A DNA stretch of 63,544 nt, filler included, from Klebsormidium nitens (Eukaryota; Plantae; Klebsormidiophyceae): the NCBI GenBank assembly GCA_000708835.1. It is 7 parts of 7 records of this genome, joined end to end, with 100 filler letters (N's around TTAATTAATTAA, not from the genome) between each part and the next. Parts side by side here need not be neighbours in the genome. Positions count along the whole stretch, not along the records: positions 37,294 to 63,544 come from DF237068.1; 6 more parts are not named here. One strand, given 5' to 3'. The notes below the pieces were generated by a model that saw nothing but the letters and a program-made list of their open reading frames with translations, was not told where the DNA came from and made no database searches. The position numbers were made by a program, and so were the translations under genes. Positions 58,741 to 63,544 of this stretch are shown piece by piece; within the stretch, counting starts at the first letter, position 1, and each line of letters starts with the position of its first letter.

Positions 58741-59999
58741 ATATTTTTTCTGCAAAAGAACTTGCGAACAAACGAACGACTCCGGTGTGACTTGGAAGGC
58801 AAAGGCGTGAGACTTACTTGCATCCCTGCGACAGCTTAGCAAATTATGAACTGGATTGGAAAGCCTCTAGCATGGCTCCCAAAAAAGTTTGCATTGCGGA
58901 ATAGTCACGTCAGAACCATAATACACGATGCAGGGAGAGTTTAAGCGAGCGGACTTGGGCTCGTTCGATTCACCTGTACGCTCACCTGATCCCTCTGGCA
59001 TCCTCTCTACTAGCACGACGTTGTTCTCTGATCATACGTTCCAAATCACAACCGAAACGCACTTTGGCGCAAATCACCTTGGGTTTCCTGACGGAAGATG
59101 TGGACGGCTCCGAAGGTCTCACCATAAGCGACATCCAGTTTTTGAGTCCAGGGATCGCTTCCACCGTTTCGACTCAGCTGAGCTTCCACTGGGCGACGTA
59201 CGACTGCGGCAAAGAGACCGGAAAATCGAACAGCTGGTCAGTATTGTCGAATCCCAGGATCATGATGATGCAAGCTGTGAAATTTCGACTTCGGAACTCA
59301 AGATTTGTGCTCGTCTCTGTAACAGAACCCGCAACCAGATGAAAAATCACATGCAGAATTTGTCTCTTCCAAATGGAGCGCAAAGGCGCAGAATCAGCAA
59401 AAGGCGAATCAGCATGCATCAGCTCTGGGCATGGAAGCAACAGAAGACAAGCTTGGCCGCCAATCACGCTCATAGCTGTTGGGACCGCTTGAAAAGCTCA
59501 GAGACAGCCCGCACGTGATGCAGATCAAGACGATAGTCAGGTGATTCGAATTCTCAGCATGTGACTAGCTCGCATCAGATGAATAGAAAGTTGGACGCTC
59601 CTTGCAAATCAATGTCCATCCACCTCACTTACGGAGTCCTTTCAGGATTTTCATTAGTGTCACAATCAGATTGTTCAGATTGTGAAGAGTAGGCTTTCCT
59701 GCGATGGCTGCACGCGACCTTATGACCGGTCTTTCAAGTGGCTGTGGTGTCGACTGTTCTTACGGTCACTGATGTGTGGCGACAAATAAAGCTTGCAACC
59801 CCCGGGCCGCTGCTTTCTCGCCGAGCAATTCGCATCAGCGCTGTTCCGCGTCGCGCTCGCCCGCAAATCTGTTCAATCGCGTTTCGCAAGACGCCTTTTT
59901 CAGACGGGAAAACTGAGCACTTGTCGAAAAGGCAGATGAAGCTTGAACGAACTCACGATATGCGTGGCCCACTTGTCGACGCCGTCGAGAAATTGCGTC

Positions 60000-60420
60000 G
60001 CATAAATGATGCTCGCCCCCCTTCCCGACATTTGGATACCAGGAAAGTGCGGCAGGTCCGCCCTCGCGAGGACGTCCAAATCCACCGCGATCTCGTCGAA
60101 TAGTTCAACACCCGCAGCGTTGACCTTTCGTGTTCAGGAACACGTTGTGGTTGAACTTGAGTCGACTCATGTGAGGAGGTACGTCTGACTCCACCGTAAA
60201 TCCATCCGGTAGCAACACTCGCGCGCTTCTATCTTCTTTCAACCTGCAGACGTTCGTGGAGAATCGGCAGCCGTCCCGGCAGTGTGACACAGGATGCGCC
60301 GGCGGATACGGCGTGACGGCCCGGCAGTTCTCGTCACCTGACAGCACGAGGACGGAGTCGTTGTAACCGGTGGCGCGCGCAGAGCCGTCACAGTGCGGGT
60401 GTCCAGTAACATGGCGTCAG
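60000..60420 (+). pseudogene. Orphan gene family, copy 3 downstream exons (plus strand, disrupted)
   Basis: 'TFVENRQPSRQCDTGCAGGYGVTARQFSSPDSTRTESL*' is homologous to the copy-1 terminal exon but on the opposite strand, with a premature stop. Confidence 0.55.
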
Positions 60421-61289
60421 ACATTGCACGAAAGGTTAAAAGGACGGCGCGGCTGTCATGTGCGCTCAATATTTCTCTGAAAATTGGAAGCGCCGGGGGA
60501 TCAGATGCGGTTGTCGAGCTTAGTCAGAGTGGCTGATTCGCAATCAAACTGGACAAACGGAACGGGCATGCATGAGTAACGCCTCTGATCGAGTCACAGG
60601 CGGAGATCTGGCAATCGTCGACAGGCCCCTGAGGCACGAAAGCGCAGATGTTCCGCTGGTCCTTTCCCACCGGAACGAGCACGTCCGCCAACTTCCATTA
60701 GAAGGATTGGCTTCTCAGCGGCCAATCGAGGCGATTCATACTGGCTGGAATAACGAAATGTGAGTTCACCGACTAAATTCCATTTAGTTTAACCCGACTC
60801 CGGAGGTGAGCGACCACGTGGTCGTGCTGGCGCTCCACGAAACTATTTATTGCAAATTTTTGGTCGCCGCGAAGACGATCTGGTAACGCAGTGTGTTTCT
60901 TGGCCTTTCAGCACTGATCTATAATTTCATCCCAGATTATTTTTTCGTGGAACAGAGGGCGAGCAGACACAAGTAACGGAGACTCGTACACTTAGCTGGA
61001 AGGTCCACTGAATGTCTGAAACGGGGGCTTGCCCAAGCAAAAGTGTAGCTCTCTTCTGCTTCCAATATGCAAGTCACCATTCAAAGATAAAAGGCAGCAG
61101 ATACGCCTCTGGAGCGCAATTCTTTCGTGTTTCCTGGCCGGAACGCGCCGTTTGTGGAGCTTTGAGTGTGGAACGAGCGAGCAGAGAAGCGGAAAAGCGG
61201 AGAAGCGGAAGAGCGGAGAAGCGAAAGACTGGAAGCGGAAGAGCAGAGAAGCGGAAGAACGGAAGCGGATTCGAACCGGGCCCACGTTT

Positions 61290-61550
61290 CCGGGCCCTTT
61301 GGGAGGTCGTTCTGGACAGGCCGGCGTACTCGCGGCCCCGGCCGAGGGCAGCTCCGCGCTCCCTCGCTCGCGCGCATCACTGCCAGCTGGCATTTTTCCA
61401 ATTGGCCGGGCGCTTCGTGCCAAATTCGAGGCAGCCGCAGCGTCTGGAACGAGCCGAAGCGGCCCATATATAAGAGCGCGCCACGTGGCGGCGCGGGTGT
61501 GGTGGGAATGCGGTGCGGTGCAGTACTTGCTGAAAAGCTGCGAAAGGGAA
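61290..61550 (-). CDS. Orphan gene family, copy 3 exon A
   Basis: 'LFSKY…RAATWRAL…AGSDARERGSAEL..AGAASTP' after a TTTCGCAG acceptor; homologous to 52335-52590. Confidence 0.5.
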
Positions 61551-61593
61551 ATGTCATCAATTCTTGTCACATCTGAAGGCGGGCTCTTGGCCC

Positions 61594-61669
61594 GAAGCTA
61601 AGAAATAGCTTCTCTGGCCAAGAGAAGCTATTTCTTAGCTTCTCTTGGCCAGAGAAGCTAAGAAATAGC
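61594..61669. repeat. Perfect palindrome with direct/inverted triplication
   Basis: 22-bp perfect arms 61594-61615 and 61621-61642 with a 5-nt loop, followed by a third copy of GCTAAGAAATAGC. Confidence 0.9.
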
Positions 61670-62999
61670 AGTCCATCTGAAGAACGGCGTTGAGAAGGAA
61701 AAGTTCAGAGGAGCGCCCGAAGAGCTTGTCTGAAGGAGGGAGCCCAGAAGAGCGGATCCAATCGATGCAGATGGGATTGAGCGAGAGCTTTCGAAAGTTG
61801 GGCTGCCACTTTCAGGACTGTTATATGGAAGAGGCAAACAGATTGCGAAGCAGGAATTGTACGTCGTTTTTCCAATCCGAGCCTTCAATTTCTTCAATTC
61901 CCAAACGCTGCCTTTGGCTATCAAACGCTGGGTCTTGAAGGGTCGACACAGAGAAGATTGCGTACAAAAGCCCAATCATGCAGATCCCACCTTAAATTAC
62001 ACAGCGGCTCTGAAAGGACTTGGTCGATTCAAACAACAGATGGCGAAACAAAGCTCCCCCAAAAGATACCCGCAGAGCTTTCTGCCAAGCTCTGCTAGTC
62101 GAAAGTACGTTAACGTTTTGACGGACGCTTGGCAAAAATGGGCGACTCCTTTTCGCCAAAGCACCCTATCTATCAGCAGCTTTCTTTTGCTGGGATTGAT
62201 TCCTCCATGCCTTCACGGAAAGGTCTGCTGAGCAAGCGTTGGAGCCAGCAGCCTTTCTACTGACATTGACTGTTTATTCGAAGCTGGTTCAAGCAATCTC
62301 ATAGCCCTCCAAAAGATGTACCTCCTTCGTTCCTAAAGCTGCTGTGACTACCTTCGCTTCATCTGAATCCAATCTCGTCCCAGTGGAATGCAAGACCCGT
62401 CTGCAGCTTGTTTTTTGTTTTCCCTTTTTCTTTCTTCTTTTTTCTCCGTATCAAGAGGAGCCGATGAAATGAGGAATTTTAAACGTGAATCACAACCCGG
62501 CCTCATCGTTTTGGAGCTCTGCCGCATGCCCGTGACTAGTGTGACTTTTGCGGTTCTTGTTTTTCCTCCCATTTTCATAGCCGCCAGGTCTATCCGAAAG
62601 GCTGACAGCCCAATTCCAACAGATTCGACGGATTCCTGCGTTCCCTCTGCGCAGAGCCTAGGCGCTTTGCGCGTCTTTTGGGCACCCTCAGTTAAGCACC
62701 CATTATTGCCTTCTGCCAGCTCAATACTATTGACATGAAAGCGTCCCCCAATCAAATCCAGACCTACCAGTCGAACCGTCAACGCACTTCGTGAACACGC
62801 TTTAGTCACGATCTTTGCCAACAAGGTCCAAAGTGCAGAAACGTGTTTCAATAGCTGCCCAGCGGGAAGGGAGCGCCTTGGCAGTGATCAGGCGATCATC
62901 TTCTTCAGGCATGCACGATCGAAACACTTTGTACGTCGCCACAACGGATGTGGATTGGATGTCAATTCACCATGCCTCAATCTGCCGTTCCTTAAGAGA

Positions 63000-63544
63000 T
63001 AATGCTAGGGGCCCGCTAATCCGGTCCACAAGGGAGATTTCAAGTTCCGGGTTAGAAATGCGGTTTCCGGTTTCCGGTCAAAACCCTATGGGGTCAGCGC
63101 GGCCACAGGGCCGGAGTACTAAAGCTGACCGGACTGACTGCCTGACTGCCTGACTGGTCGGTTGAGACATCCTAACCATCTGACTGACTGACTGACCTCC
63201 TAACCGAAAGTTGCATGAGCCTACTCCTCAATGACCCCTGGCCTGACTGACTGACCGCCTAACCGGTAGCGGCACTCCTGGCACCGGTTAAATAGCGGTA
63301 CGTCAGAAAGGTACTAACGGTGGAGAGGGGGGGTAGGCGGGTGGGGGCCGAAGGCCGGGGTGGTCATGCTTGGGACACACCCCATGGACGAGCTAAAGGT
63401 GAATATCATAATACCAACAAGGTCATTCCCGGGGGACGGGTGGGGTGCGGCTTGGTGGTTAGGGTGGGTTTGGGTGCGGAGCGACTCTCTATCCCGGTTA
63501 GGCTTTTTAGTTTGGCCGTTCCACCGTGTACTATTATGGTAAAT
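63000..63544. repeat. Micro-repeat-rich non-coding segment (CTGA runs, CCTAACCG/CCGGTTA motifs)
   Basis: Repeated CTGACTGACTGAC…CCTAACCG units and inverted CCGGTTA copies; runs off the window end. Confidence 0.45.

Overview
Eukaryotic, intron-rich, repeat-dense scaffold with N-gaps. Six gaps contain an artificial TTAATTAATTAA spacer. GT-AG introns, plant-type genes and the retroelements suggest a streptophyte alga, probably Klebsormidium (inference). The left ~31 kb is mostly nested, decayed LTR retrotransposons (Ty1/copia and Ty3/gypsy) plus MITE-like elements. Its centrepiece (~18.7-28 kb) is a Ty3/gypsy-type element ordered long ORF1 - aspartic protease - C5 cytosine DNA methyltransferase (DNMT3-like) - RT - [gap] - integrase - PHD finger - extra 3' ORF. 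DNMT-carrying charophyte retrotransposons are already reported, to my recollection. Three features I have not seen described: (i) an in-frame UGA-CGG stop plus a stem-loop 9 nt downstream, exactly between DNMT and RT and present in both assembled copies, i.e. a candidate programmed readthrough; (ii) a frame-preserving intron (exitron) and sharp GC steps at splice signals in ORF1; (iii) a splice-acceptor-preceded orphan ORF 3' of pol. The right half holds an AVT3/ANT-like amino-acid transporter (minus), an Mpv17/PMP22-family gene (plus), several unidentifiable intron-rich genes, a three-copy orphan gene family and small structural oddities. No rRNA, tRNA or CRISPR array was recognised.
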